Shown here in pieces: positions 27,451 to 39,471 of a DNA stretch of 64,000 nucleotides. The DNA is taken from NCBI GenBank assembly GCA_963745035.1, contig CAVUVW010000014.1, forward strand, positions 928,001 to 992,000, given 5' to 3'. The notes below the pieces were generated by a model. That model had not been told where the DNA came from and searched no databases. It saw only the letters and a program-made list of their open reading frames with translations. The position numbers were made by a program, and so were the translations under genes. Source of the DNA: an uncultured delta proteobacterium. Lineage in GTDB: Bacteria; Desulfobacterota; Binatia; UBA9968. The stretch's first letter is position 1, and every line of letters begins with the position of its first letter.

Positions 27451-28459
27451 ATGAAATCGCTTTCATCCGGCGCTATCGCCGGCGCTCCAGCGCAAATCTG
27501 CGCGATCTTCCCGGGCGCGCTCGGGGATTTCATTTGCTTCCTGCCGGCTTTGCACGCGCTTGGGCAAGAAGGGCTGATCGATCTTTACGCGCGGAGTGAA
27601 TTTAGCGACTTGGCGCCTGAAGGCGTCACGGTCCGGTCGCTGGAGTGTTCGGAGATCGGCGAGTTATTCCGGCCCGAGCAGGCGGCGCGCGCCGCGCAAA
27701 ACCGCTTTTGCCGGTACGCTGCGCGTGTATTCGTGGCACGGGAGCGGCAATCCGGAGTTTGTCCGGCGCCTCGAAGCGATCACCGGCGGTAAAGCGCGAT
27801 GCTTTGCGTTCCGTCCGGCTTACGCACGAGGCCACCAGGCCGATTATTACCTCGGCTGCGTGCGCCCTCACGCCGCGCGCTCGCGGCCGGCAACGATCAA
27901 CGTTGGCGCGGAAGCGATTCGATGGCGCGAGGATTATTGGACAAAGCATTCCCTTGAGAACCGTCCGGTGCTGACCGTCGCTCCGGGCAGCGGCGCGCGC
28001 GAGAAAAACTGGCCGGCGCAATTTTTCGCCACGGTTGTCGAGTGGTGGCGCAATGCGACCGGCGGAGAAGTTCTGTTGCTGATCGGCCCGGTCGAACAGG
28101 AACTGGGCGGACTTGACCTGCTCTTTGAGCGCTGCATCGTCGCCGAAGATTTGAGTCTGGCGCAAGTTGCGGCGGCGCTGGCCGGAAGCGTTCTTTATCT
28201 CGGCAACGATAGCGGCATATCGCATTTGGCCGCAGCGCTCGGCGTTCGAGCCGTCGCGCTTTTCGGCCCCTCCGATCCCCTCCAGTGGGCGCCGCGCGGC
28301 AACAAGGTCGTCGTGCTGCGGCGCGGTCTCGCCTGTTCACCGTGCGGCGGGCAAGCGATGAAAATCTGTCCGCACCGCGCTTGCTTGCGTGAATTCTCCG
28401 CGCAAGAGGTGATCTCCGCGATGGCGCGCTTGCCTGAGGTCGTTAGCTTGACAAGGTAG
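27451..28459 (+). CDS. Glycosyltransferase family 9 (heptosyltransferase-like), frameshifted
   Basis: PGALGDFI, PGSG...KNWP, GNDSGISHLAAA, LFGP. Confidence 0.85.
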
Positions 28460-28476
28460 GGGGCAGGGATTAGAGT

Positions 28477-28635
28477 TTCAGCAGGTAATTTGCTGAATAT
28501 TAAACCAGTTCTTTGCGAATGGCCGGCGCTTGAGGGTACGCGCCGTGGGTGGACAAGAATAGCGTCTCCGCACTCGACGTGCCGCCTGAAAGTCTCTCGG
28601 GTTCTTTAAATCCGCGCGGCTTTCAGGCTTTTTTT
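28477..28635 (+). ncRNA. Candidate sRNA or attenuated leader
   Basis: TTGACA-N17-TAGAGT promoter (28448-28476), inverted repeat, terminal GCCTGAAAG/CTTTCAGGC-T7 terminator. Confidence 0.4.
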
Positions 28636-28657
28636 CGTTTCGGCCCGGAGTCTTCAT

Positions 28658-29089
28658 ATGGCCAAGGAAGAAGAGAAGACGATAGAAGGCAAGGGATTCA
28701 CCGTCCAGGATCGACGCCGTTTCTCGCCTGAGACGGGCGAAGCGCGCGAGAACGCACCCGAGCAAGCGGCCGCGGCGCCCGACGCTTCGGCCAAGGTTCA
28801 AAGCGAAGAGCAAGCCCACGCCGCCGCGGAGGAGCCGCTCCCGGAGATCAATTTCTCGGCATTCGTCATCAGTCTAAGCACCCAGGCGCTGATGCACTTA
28901 GGCGAGATCGCCAATCCGATCAGCGGCAAAGTCGAGATCGACGTGCCGGTGGCGAAGCAAATGATCGATATCATTGTCATGCTCCAAGACAAGACGCGAG
29001 GCAATCTGAACGCCAGTGAAGACCGGCTGATGGAAGATATTCTCTTCGATTTGCGCATGAAATACGTCGAGGCCGTGAAGAAGCGATAG
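28658..29089 (+). CDS. DUF1844 family protein
   Basis: F..FVISLSTQALMHLG...AKQMID...KTRGNL...LRMKYV. Confidence 0.85.
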   Translation: MAKEEEKTIEGKGFTVQDRRRFSPETGEARENAPEQAAAAPDASAKVQSEEQAHAAAEEPLPEINFSAFVISLSTQALMHLGEIANPISGKVEIDVPVAKQMIDIIVMLQDKTRGNLNASEDRLMEDILFDLRMKYVEAVKKR

Positions 29090-29095
29090 GAGTCG

Positions 29096-30596
29096 TTGAT
29101 GGGCTGGAAGAACATCTGGGGTGGTGGCGTGAGCGTCAAAGGAGCCATTTTGGTCGCTTTGACCTCTCTGGTGGTAGGGCTCGGCATCAGCGGCAGCCTG
29201 GATTGGTTGGCGCCCAGCCGCGCAGTCAATCTACTCGGCGAGGCCGCCAAACCCGACCCGCGCCCCGTGACCGGCTTGCCGGATTTTGTGAATCTCGCCA
29301 AAAACATCAGACCGATCGTCGTCAATATATCCACAACCCAGATGAGCGAAGGTCGCGGCGGGCCGCAGGAGTTCAGCAGCCCCTTCGGCGAGGAAGATCC
29401 ATTCAACGATTTTTGGCGGCGGTTTTTTGGCGGTCCGATGCCGCGCGGCCCGCAGCGCCAGCGCAGCCTGGGCTCCGGTTTTATCATCGATGCCGACGGC
29501 TCGATCCTCACCAACAACCACGTGGTCGAGAATGCATCCAAGATCGTCGTCAAGCTTTCGGATGACTCAGGAGTACGAGGCCAAAGTCATCGGCCGCGAT
29601 CCGAAAACCGATATCGCGGTGATCAAGATCGACGCGAAGGGCGCTCTCATCGCGGCGAACTTCGGCGACTCCGACACGCTGGAAGTGGGCGAGTGGGTGG
29701 TCGCCATCGGCAATCCGTTCGGCCTCGACAGCACGGTGACTTCCGGGATCGTCAGCGCCAAAGGCCGGCACATCGGCCAAGGGCCCTACGACAACTTCAT
29801 TCAAACCGACGCCTCGATCAATCCCGGCAATTCGGGCGGTCCGCTGCTCAATTTGCGCGGCGAAGTCGTCGGCATCAATACCGCGATTTTCAGCCGCACC
29901 GGCGGCAATATCGGCATCGGCTTCGCCATTCCCATCAACCTGGTCAAGGAACTGCTGCCGCAGCTGCGCGGCAAGGGCAAGGTCGTGCGCGGTTATCTCG
30001 GCGTGTTGATCCAGAAAGTCACGCCCGAAATCGGCGAAAGCCTCGGCATGGACAAAAGCTACGGCGCGCTGGTGGCCAACGTCTCGAAAGACGGACCGGC
30101 CGAAAAAGCCGGCGTGAAAGTCGGCGACGTGATCGTCGAATTCGACGGCAAGGAAGTGAAGGACTCCGCCGACTTGCCGATCATCGTGGCGCGCACTCCG
30201 GTGGACAAGAAAGTGCGCATGAAAGTGCTCCGCGACAAAAAGGAGATGTTTCTCAACGTCGCGGTGGGCGAGCTCAAGGACGAAGAGGTGGTCGCGACCG
30301 CGCCCGAGAAAGGCGAGCTCGGCCTCACGGTGCAGCGGCTTACGCCGCAGATGGCCGAAAGCCTGGGCGTGGAAAAGGTCGAGGGCGTGGTCGTCGCCGC
30401 CGTGGAGCCGGCAAGCGCCGCCGATGAGGCGGGCATCCGTCGCGGCGATATCATCGTCGAAGTCGACCGCAAGGCGGTGCGCAGCGTCGAGGACTATAAA
30501 AAAGCCGTCGCCGGAGCGCGCAAGGGGCGCGGCGTGCTGTTCCTGGTGCGGCGCGGCGAGAGCACGTTGTTTCTCGCTCTCAAGCCGCAGCGCTGA
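29096..30596 (+). CDS. DegP/DegQ serine protease (frameshift near 29565)
   Basis: [30 protein letters not shown], two PDZ-like domains. Confidence 0.92.
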
Positions 30597-30618
30597 TTTT
30601 TCGCTGATCGCTTTTTGA

Positions 30619-30665
30619 GAAACGAGGCGCGCCGCACGGCCGGCGCGCCTCGTTTCATTGCTTTT
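30619..30665 (+). terminator. Terminator hairpin
   Basis: GAAACGAGGCGCGCCG / CGGCGCGCCTCGTTTC perfect stem. Confidence 0.7.
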
Positions 30666-30709
30666 GCATCCGTTCTGCGCGAGAATCGACTTACCTTGAG
30701 GCGTCGCGT

Positions 30710-32985
30710 TTGAAGAAATCCAATCTCCGCATCTTCAGCATCGCTCTGGTCGCGCTCCTCGTCATCACCTCCAGCGGCTTGGTTTTAGGCGCATGGTACT
30801 TACGACAGCTCGAGGACACGGTTACGGAAAAGTTCGAAGGGCGGAAATGGTTCTTTCCTTCGAAGATCTATTCCGACAGCTATCTGCTCTACGTCGGCAT
30901 CAACCTGCGGGTCGAAGAGCTGACCGATAAGCTCCGCCGGCTCGGCTATTTCGAAACTCAGGGCCCGCCCAGGCGCAAGGGGGAATACCGCGTCGCGCGC
31001 GGCGCCGTGGAGATTTTTCTCCACGATTTCGCTTTTCCCACCGAGCAGCGCGAGGGCGTGCCGGTGCGGATCTCGATGCAGGGCGCGACTGTTGCGCGCA
31101 TCGAAAATCTCGCCACCGGCAAGGATATGTTCGATCTCGAGCTCGAGCCTGAGCTGGTGACCGGCCTGTACGAACGCATCTGGCAGGAACGCAAGGTGGT
31201 GCAGCTCGCCGACGTTCCGCCGCTGTTCGTGAAAGCGGTGCTCGCGATCGAGGACGAGCGCTTTTACAGCCACAGCGGCATCGATCCGATCGGCATTTTG
31301 CGCGCGCTGTGGGTGAACGCCTGGAGCATGAGCTATCAGCAGGGCGGCAGCACGCTCACGCAGCAGCTCATGAAAAATTTTTTCTTGAGCGACGAGCGCA
31401 CCTTCAGCCGCAAGATTCCCGAAGCCGTTATGGCGCTGATCGCCGAGCGCAAGTATCCCAAAGAGACGATCCTGGAAAACTATCTCAATGAAATCTATCT
31501 GGGCCAAAGAGGCTCGCAGGGAATTTTCGGCGTGTCCGAGGCGGCGCAGTTTTATTTCGCCAAGCCGTTGAGCGATTTGAGCGTCGGCGAGTCCGCGCTC
31601 CTGGCCGGGCTGATCCGCGCGCCGAACCGGCTGTCGCCGTACCGCAGCACCGAAGCCGCAACCAAGCGCCGCAACGTGGTTTTGGCCAAGTTGTTCGATC
31701 GAGCGCGATCATCACGCGCAAGCAATACGATGCCGCGGTGCGCGAGAAACTTCCGGCGCGCGCACTCGTCAAGGTGACCAACGACGCGCCGTTCTACGTC
31801 GATTATCTGCGGCGCGAGCTCGACGAGAACTACTCGCACACCGTGCTGACCAAAGAAGGACTGCGGATCTTCAGCAGCCTCGATCTGCAGCTCCAGCGCA
31901 AGGCGGAGCGCGCGCTCGTCGAAGGGCTCAAAAAGCTCGAGGCGGCGCATCCGGCGCTGCGCCGCAAAACCGACGACGACAGCCTCGAAGGCGCCATCAT
32001 CGTGATCCGCCCGCAAACCGGCGAGATCAAGGCGATGGTGGGCGGCAGAAATTATCAAAAGTCGCAGTTCAATCGAGTCTTTCAGGCCAAGCGCCAGCCG
32101 GGGTCGATTTTTAAGCCGTTCGTCTTCCTGGCGGCGCTCATGTATGGCGGCCAGAGCGGCACGAGATACACCCCGGAGACCGTTGTCAACGACAGCCAGT
32201 TCACCTGGAGCTACGACGGCAAAACATGGCAGCCGAACAACTACAACAACGATTACTTCGGCGCGGTGACCTTTCGCCGCGCGTTGGAAAGCTCGCTCAA
32301 TTCCGCCACGGCGCGGGTCGCGCAGGACGTCGGCATCCGGCGCGTGCGCGAAATCGCTCATCGCATGGGCATTCAGAGCTCCTTGCCGCCGGTGCCGTCG
32401 CTCGCCCTGGGCTCGGCGGAGGTGACACCGCTCGAAGTCGCCGTAGCGTTCTCGACCTTGGCCAACGGCGGCGTGCGCACGCGGCCGCTGGCGGTCAAAC
32501 TGGTGATGGACCAAAGCGCGCAGCCGTTGGAAAAGCGCGACGTGCGCGTCCAGCAGGTGATCAACCCGCAGCTCGCCCACATGATGAATTATCTTCTCAA
32601 AGGCGTTTTTGACCGCGGCACGGCGACGGCCGCGCGCCGCATGGGCTTTACCCGGCCCGCGGCCGGGAAGACGGGCACGACCAACGACTACAAAGACGCC
32701 TGGTTCGTCGGCTACACGCCCGACCTGCTCGCGGTGGTGTGGGTCGGGTTTGACGGTCAAAGCAAGTTGAATCTGTCGGGCGCCGAAGCAGCGCTGCCGA
32801 TCTGGACCGAATTCATGAAGAGCGCGACGGCGAACATGCCGGTGACCGATTTTGTCGTGCCCGAGCCCATGGTGGAAAGCGAAGAAAGCGTCGCCAGCCG
32901 ATGCGCTCCGTCCGCCGCCGAAGGGGAGTTGGCGGCCGCTTGTCCGCCGGCCGCGCCTTCCCGTCCATTTCGCGAGGCGCTATGA
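30710..32985 (+). CDS. mrcB: Class A penicillin-binding protein, PBP1B-like (frameshift near 31700)
   Basis: EDERFY, GGSTLTQQL, UB2H-like insert, GSIFK, SLN, KTGT. Confidence 0.88.
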
Positions 32986-33740
32986 GCGTCGCGGGCCGGA
33001 GAGATCGTCGAATCCTTCTCGCCGGCGCGGCGCTTGTGCTGGCGACGGCGCTCGCCGCCTGCGCGCCGCAGCGCCCTTACCGCGCGCCGCTGCCGCCAAG
33101 CCGCGTTCCAATCCCGCCGTCGCAACCGCTGCCGCCGCCTCCCAGCGCCGCCGGAAACGGTTTCCAAGCCGCTGCCGCCTGACCCTAAGATTCGCGAGCA
33201 GGATCTCAAATCCAAAGCGCCGCCGGTGTTGCCGCCGTCGGCCAAGGAGCCTGAGCGCCGTCCCGCGCCCGATAGCGCCGGTGGTGCCGCCGCCGCCTTT
33301 GGCCGACGACAGCTCCTTGCTCGCCAAGATTACTCCGGGAGTCTCGCCACAGCGCGCCGCATCCTTGCGGCTAACCGACGAGGGCAGCAAGCTGCTCGAT
33401 GCCGGCGAGCCGGCCAAAGCGCTCGACTCGTCTTGAAAGAACCATCGTCATCGATGCGACCAATCCTTACGGGTATTTTTATCTCGCCAAGGCCCAGTAT
33501 CGTCTCGGGCGCTACGGCGAATCGCTCAATTTTCTCGCCGTCGCCGAGTCGCGGCTGAGCGCCGAGCCCTTCTGGCTCGCTGAAGTGCATGCGCTGCGCG
33601 GCGAGAATTATCGCGCTCAGGGGCATTTGCAGCGCGCCGAGGCGAGCTACCAGCAAGCGCTGCGCCTCAATTCCGGCAACCGCACGGCCAACGACGCGCT
33701 GGCGCGCTTGCATGTTGAACCCGCGCCCGCGAGCAGATAA
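32982..33740 (+). CDS. TPR lipoprotein (LpoP-like), frameshifted
   Basis: Lipobox LAAC, Pro-rich linker, TPR C-terminus; ATGA overlap with the PBP1B gene. Confidence 0.7.
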
Positions 33741-33751
33741 GTTTTCCCTTC

Positions 33752-34750
33752 ATGCTGGTTCTCGGCGTCGAAACTTCATGCGACGACACCGCCGCCGCGG
33801 TGTTGCAAGACGGCCGTACGATCCTCGCCAACATCGTCTCGTCGCAAGACCAGGTGCATGGTCCCTACGGCGGCGTGGTTCCCGAGCTCGCCTCGCGCCA
33901 GCACATCCAGAACGTCATGCCGATCGTCGACACGGCGCTCAAGACAGCCGGCGCGACGCTCAAAGATCTCGACGGCATGGCGGTCACCTACGGTCCGGGT
34001 CTGGTCGGCTCGCTGCTCGTCGGCTTGTCGCTGGTCAAAGGAATCGCGTTTCGCACCGGGATTCCCTACGTCGGCGTAAATCATCTCGAAGCCCATCTGC
34101 TGGCTATCCAGCTCGAGCACCGGGTGCCGTTTCCCTACATCGCTTTGCTTGCTTCGGGCGGCCACACCTTGCTCTATTGCGTCCGGGAAGTGGGTGATTA
34201 CGTTCATCTCGGCGGCACGCGCGACGATGCGGCGGGCGAAGCCTACGACAAAGTCGCCAAGATGATGGGCCTTGGCTATCCCGGCGGGCGAGTGATCGAT
34301 CAACTGGCGCAAAGCGGCAATCCGAACGCGATTCGCTTCCCGCGCGCCAAAATCAAAAGCGGCGCCTTCGAGTTCAGCTTCAGCGGCATCAAGACTGCGG
34401 TGTGGCACTATCTCAAATCGGTGCCTGAAGAAGAATGGCGCGAACGATCAGCCGATATCGCCGCCAGCTTTCAGGAAGCGGTGGCGGAGATGCTGGTCCG
34501 CCCGGCGATCAAAGCCGCGAGCGCGAACGGTGTGGAGCGCATCGTGCTTTCCGGCGGCGTTGCCGCCAACAGCCGTCTGCGCTCGAAGATGAAAGAGGAG
34601 GCGGACGCGGCGGGCTTGGCGGTGTTCTGTCCCGCGCCCAAGTTTTGCACGGACAACGGCGCGATGATCGCGCTCGCCGGCGATCACTGGCTCCGGCGCG
34701 GGCGGCGCGACGATTTTCGGCTCAACGCGGACGCCGATCTGACGCTCTAA
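33752..34750 (+). CDS. tsaD: tRNA threonylcarbamoyltransferase
   Basis: GVETSCDDT, GGVVPELASR, NHLEAH, SGGHT, TDNGAMI. Confidence 0.96.
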   Translation: MLVLGVETSCDDTAAAVLQDGRTILANIVSSQDQVHGPYGGVVPELASRQHIQNVMPIVDTALKTAGATLKDLDGMAVTYGPGLVGSLLVGLSLVKGIAFRTGIPYVGVNHLEAHLLAIQLEHRVPFPYIALLASGGHTLLYCVREVGDYVHLGGTRDDAAGEAYDKVAKMMGLGYPGGRVIDQLAQSGNPNAIRFPRAKIKSGAFEFSFSGIKTAVWHYLKSVPEEEWRERSADIAASFQEAVAEMLVRPAIKAASANGVERIVLSGGVAANSRLRSKMKEEADAAGLAVFCPAPKFCTDNGAMIALAGDHWLRRGRRDDFRLNADADLTL

Positions 34751-34791
34751 TACGGTTTCATGTTCAAGGTTCAAGAGTTCAAAGGGTCGTC

Positions 34792-35674
34792 ATGACCCTG
34801 TACGAAGAAGTTCGCGCGGCGCTGCGCGAGACCGAGCTCCGGCCGAAAAAAAGTTTGGGGCAAAACTTTTTGATTCACGACCGGGTGATCGACACGATCG
34901 CGCGCCTGCTCGATTTGTCGCCAGGCGAGGAGGTCTTGGAGATCGGCCCCGGCCTCGGGTTTCTCACCCGGCGCCTGCTCGAAAGCGGCGCCAAGGTGTG
35001 GGCCGTGGAGGTCGACCCGCTGCTGGTGGCGCGCCTGCGCCGCGCCGCCGTTTGGCGCCGATCCGAAGCTCGAGCTGATTCACGGCGATATTTTGGAAAT
35101 CGCTCTGCCCGATGCGCTGCCCGGCCGCAAGATCAAGCTCGCCGGCAACCTGCCGTACAGCGTTTCCACTCCGGTGCTGTTTCGCATTTTCGAATGGCGC
35201 GCGCATTTTTCCATTCTGGTGTTGATGGTACAGCGCGAAGTCGCCGAGCGCATGGCGGCGCGCCCGGGCACCAAAGAATACGGCGCGCTGTCGATCTGGT
35301 GCCAGGTTCATGGGCGGATCGTGGCGAAGGCGGCGGTGTCGCCGGAGGCGTTTTTCCCTCGTCCGAAGGTGCGCTCGACAGTGCTGAAGATCGAGTTGTT
35401 TCCCGAGCCGTTGATCGACGCGGTGGAGTCGTCGGCGCTGCGCGGGCTGGTGCGCGCCGCTTTCGGCCAGCGGCGTAAAACCCTCGGTAACGCGCTGGGC
35501 GCCTGGTCGGCGGGCGGGCGCGCGGAGATCGAGAATTTTTTGCGCGCCCAGGGCGTCGATTCCCAACGCCGCGGCGAAACGCTCAGCGTCGAGGAATTCA
35601 TCAAGCTCGCGCGCGCCGCGCGCCGCCAATCCTTGCCGACGGCTGGCAATGAATCTCAGTCCAAGAATCGCTAA
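34792..35674 (+). CDS. rsmA: 16S rRNA dimethyltransferase (frameshift near 35050)
   Basis: KSLGQNFL, EIGPGLG, GNLPY, MVQREVAER. Confidence 0.93.
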
Positions 35675-35709
35675 CTCACTAATTCACTAACTCACGACTC
35701 ACTCTTCCG

Positions 35710-36531
35710 ATGCCCGAGCTTCCTGAAGTCGAAACCGTGTGCCGCAGCCTGCGGCCGCATCTGCTCGGTCGAACCATCCGCCGGGTGCGCGTGCTGGAGC
35801 CGCGCCTGCGCGTGCCGGTCGATGCGCGCGCGCTTCGCGCCCTGGCCGGAACGCGGATCGATACCATTACTCGGGTTGCCAAGTACATCTTGCTGAACTT
35901 ATCGGGTGACGCCGTCTGGCTCTTTCATCTCGGCATGTCGGGAAAGCTGATCTGTGTGCAGCCCGAAGTGCCGCGGCGCAAGCACGATCACATTATTGTC
36001 GAGCTCGACGGCGGCGCGGAGCTGCGCTATCACGATCCGCGCCGGTTCGGCTTGTCGCTGGTGGCTAAGAAGAACCGTCTCGGCGAGCTGGCGCAGCTCC
36101 GCCACGTGGGACTCGATCCCTTCGATCCCAAACTGACCGCCGAGTATCTGTTTCGTTTCACGCGAGCTTCGGAGCGGCGCATACGGGATCTTTTGCTCGA
36201 CCAGCAAATCATCGCCGGGCTCGGTAATATTTATGCCAATGAAATTTTGTCTCTTGCCGCCGTGAAACCGACGACCCGCGCGCATCGCTTGAACCGCAAA
36301 CAGGTCGGCGCCATCGCGGCGACGATCCCGCAGTTGCTCAGCGACGCGATTCGCTGGTGCGGCACGTCGTTTTCCGATTACCGGGACGCCGACGACAGGT
36401 CCGGCGAGTTTCAAAATCATCTTCGGGTTTACGATCGCGCCGGCGAGCGCTGCCGGGTCTGTCCGAGCGTGATCAAACGCGTCGCACTCGGCAACCGCAG
36501 CGCGTATTATTGCCCGACGTGTCAGAAATAG
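35710..36531 (+). CDS. mutM: Formamidopyrimidine-DNA glycosylase
   Basis: MPELPEVE, HLGMSG, GLGNIYANE, C-terminal Zn finger. Confidence 0.96.
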   Translation: MPELPEVETVCRSLRPHLLGRTIRRVRVLEPRLRVPVDARALRALAGTRIDTITRVAKYILLNLSGDAVWLFHLGMSGKLICVQPEVPRRKHDHIIVELDGGAELRYHDPRRFGLSLVAKKNRLGELAQLRHVGLDPFDPKLTAEYLFRFTRASERRIRDLLLDQQIIAGLGNIYANEILSLAAVKPTTRAHRLNRKQVGAIAATIPQLLSDAIRWCGTSFSDYRDADDRSGEFQNHLRVYDRAGERCRVCPSVIKRVALGNRSAYYCPTCQK

Positions 36532-36601
36532 GATGACTCGTTTAAGGTTCAAACAGTTCAAGCCGTTCAAACCGTTTCGAACGTCCGGTCGTTTCGAGCC
36601 G

Positions 36602-37865
36602 ATGAACAACTCCGGTACGGCGAGCTCCCGCTCTTCCAGCAAGCGCTGGCTTTTGTCGCCGCTGCGCCATCGCGATTTTCGCTTGTTCTGGTTGGGCTTG
36701 CTTTTTTCCAGCGCGGGCAGCCAATTCACCCAAGTGGCTATGGCGTGGCAAATCTACGAGCTTACCGATTCGCCGCTGCAGATCGGCATGATCGGCCTGG
36801 TGCGCGCGGTGCCGCAGATGATCGTTCTTCTTTTCGGCGGTCTGCTCGCCGACGCGATCGACCGGCGCAAGCTGATGATGATCACCCAAGTCAGCCATGG
36901 TTGCGTTTCCGCGAGTCTTGGTTTTCTGGCATGGCAAGGACATGGTGACGCCCATGGCGCTTTACAGCATGGCGGTGTTGCTCGCGCTGTTCAGCTCCCT
37001 GGAGTCGCCGTCGCGCCACGCGATCGTCACCAACCTGGTTCCAGCGCAAGATCTATCCCGCGCGCTGGCGATGTCGAGCACCCAGCGGCAGATCGCTACG
37101 ATTGCGGGCCCGTCGCTTGCCGGCGTCGTTCTGGCGATCGGCGGGCCCGCCATCTGCTATGCGGTAGACGCCGTCTCCTGGCTGCTCATGCTCGGGTTCC
37201 TGGCGCTCATTCGCGCGCAGCTGCCGCAGAGGGGCGGTTGGCGCACGATCACGATGGATTCGCTGCGCGCGGGGTTTCGCTTCGTGTGGGGCCACGCGGT
37301 GATCTTTCCGTTTTTGATGATGGATTTCGGCGCCAACATCTTCGGCACGGTGCGCTCGCTGTTTCCGATCTATGCGCGCGATATCCTCGCCGTCGGCCCG
37401 GAGGGATTGGGAATTCTCTACGCCGCCAGCGCGGGCGGGGCGCTGCTCGGCGCATGCGGCTTCAGCGTCTGGGGGACGGCGCGGCGCGCCGGCCGCTGGA
37501 TCCTGGTCGGCGTGACGATCTACGGGCTCTGCCTGCTGTTTTTCGCCACCTCGCAGATTTTCTGGCTTTCGATTCTCTTGCTGATCGGCTCGGGCATCGG
37601 CGATACGATCAGCGCGATCCTGCGCTCGACGATCAACCAGCTCAGCACGCCCGACGACCTGCGCGGCCGCATGGCGTCGATCAACAGCATCTTCACCAAC
37701 GGCGGGCCGCAGCTCGGCCAGTTCCAAGCCGGCGCATTGGCCGCGCTCATCGGCACGGAATTCGCCGCCGCGAGCGGCGCGATCATCATTTTGCTGATCG
37801 TCGGCGTTCTGGTGGCGCGTTTTCCGCAGGTGCGAGATTATCGCATCAGCCAGGCGAAGCCGTAG
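36602..37865 (+). CDS. MFS transporter (EntS-like), frameshift near 36935
   Basis: RDFRLFW, GGLLADAIDRRK, many TM segments, PDDLRGR. Confidence 0.88.
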
Positions 37866-37999
37866 AACCAAGGGCTATGCGCGGCGATGGAATCGGCGGT
37901 TGTTCCGACAAAAAGGAATGCTTCGTCGAGCTCAGCTGAGCGGAAAGCGAGTGACCCTTCTCGCTTCGTTGGATCGATCGCGGATTTATCGACGGCGCG

Positions 38000-38947
38000 T
38001 CAAGCCTTGGCGGCACCCGCGGCGCCGTTGCCGCTGCCTTGTTGCTTGATCACGTTCATCGCGAGGGAAATCATCGAGCCCACGTCGCTCAAGGTTGCGG
38101 GTAAGATCAGCGTGTTTCCCGTCTGGGCGAGCTTGCCGAATTCCGCCAGATAATTTTCCGCGACCCGAAGCTGCACGGCTTCGAAGCCGCCGGGCTGCCG
38201 GATCGCCTCGGCGACTTTAGCGATGCCGTTGGCGGTCGCTTCGGCGATGGCCAGAATCGCCGCGGCCTCGCCTTCGGCTTCGTTGATTTGCTGCTGCTTG
38301 TTGCCCTCGGAGGCTTTGATCGCCTGCTGCTTTTCGCCTTCTGCGCTGTTGATTGCGGCGTCGCGTTGTCCTTCCGAGGTGAGAATCAACGCGCGTTTTT
38401 CGCGCTCGGCGCGCATCTGTTTTTCCATGGCGGCCAAGATGTCCTGCGGCGGCGTGATATTTTTGATCTCGTAGCGCATGACCTTGATGCCCCATGGTTC
38501 TGAGGCTTTGTCCAACTCGCTCACCACCTGGGTGTTGATATTGGTGCGCTCTTCGAAAGTGCGATCGAGCTCGATCTTGCCGAGCTCGCTGCGCAGGGTG
38601 GTTTGCGCCAGCTGGGTGATGCCGAAGCCGTAGTCGGCGATGCCATAGGACGCTCGCTCCGGGTTCAGCACTTTTAGATAAAGCACTCCGTCGACGGATA
38701 CTTGAACGTTATCTCGGGTGATACAAATCTGCGGCGGGATGTCGATGGCCTGTTCTTTGAGCGAATGCTTATAGCGGACGACGTCGAGAAAGGGGATCAA
38801 AATGTGAAAGCCGGCGCTGAGCGTGCCGCTGTATTTGCCCAAACGCTCGACGACATAGGCGCTTTGCTGCGGCACCACGACCGCGGTCTTGGCGACGACG
38901 ATAATAATGAGGAACGCCAGCGCGAGAACAACAATGAACCCGCCCAT
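38000..38947 (-). CDS. SPFH/stomatin-like protein
   Basis: VVERLGKY, ITRDNV, QMRAEREKRA. Confidence 0.93.
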   Translation of the reverse strand: MGGFIVVLALAFLIIIVVAKTAVVVPQQSAYVVERLGKYSGTLSAGFHILIPFLDVVRYKHSLKEQAIDIPPQICITRDNVQVSVDGVLYLKVLNPERASYGIADYGFGITQLAQTTLRSELGKIELDRTFEERTNINTQVVSELDKASEPWGIKVMRYEIKNITPPQDILAAMEKQMRAEREKRALILTSEGQRDAAINSAEGEKQQAIKASEGNKQQQINEAEGEAAAILAIAEATANGIAKVAEAIRQPGGFEAVQLRVAENYLAEFGKLAQTGNTLILPATLSDVGSMISLAMNVIKQQGSGNGAAGAAKA

Positions 38948-38961
38948 AAAATTCTCCGTTC

Positions 38962-39397
38962 TTAGTTATTTTCCGGCTGCACAAAAAGCATGAGCCCTTC
39001 GACGCGCTCCACTTTGGCGCGCTCGCCGTTTTTCAGCGGCCGGCCGCCGGTGTTGCGGGCACTCCACGCCGTCGCCGCGGAGCTCGACTTTGCCGATCCC
39101 ATTGACCGGGATCTCGTCGTTCGCCACGGCGGTCTCGCCGACCAAGCTGTCGATCTTCATGTCCGGCGCTTGCTCGGTCAGCTTGAGCAGCTTTTCACGG
39201 AACAGCCACAGGGAGACGAGTGAGAGGATCGAGAATAAAAGGATTTGAAACCATACGGGGCCGCCGATGCCGAGGCCCGCGAGCACGCCAACGACGACCG
39301 CGCCGCTGCCGAAAAAGATGAAGTAAAAGCCGCCCGGCGTCACCAGCTCCGCCAGGAGCAGCAGCAGTCCGAGCAGGATCCAGATCCACCATTCCAT
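38962..39397 (-). CDS. NfeD-like protein (frameshifted)
   Basis: WILLG...AELVTPG, TM segments, GKVELRG; adjacent to the SPFH gene. Confidence 0.85.
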
Positions 39398-39471
39398 AAA
39401 ATAGCTCACTTCGCGGTCGGCAGAGGGTAGCCGAGGGGGCTGGTTTTTCAAGCCGAATGGCCGAGGGGCGG

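Noticed and set aside
29540-35100. Programmed frameshifting in degP/Q, mrcB or rsmA
   Set aside because: No slippery heptamers noted, and such shifts occur throughout the window, which fits sequencing error
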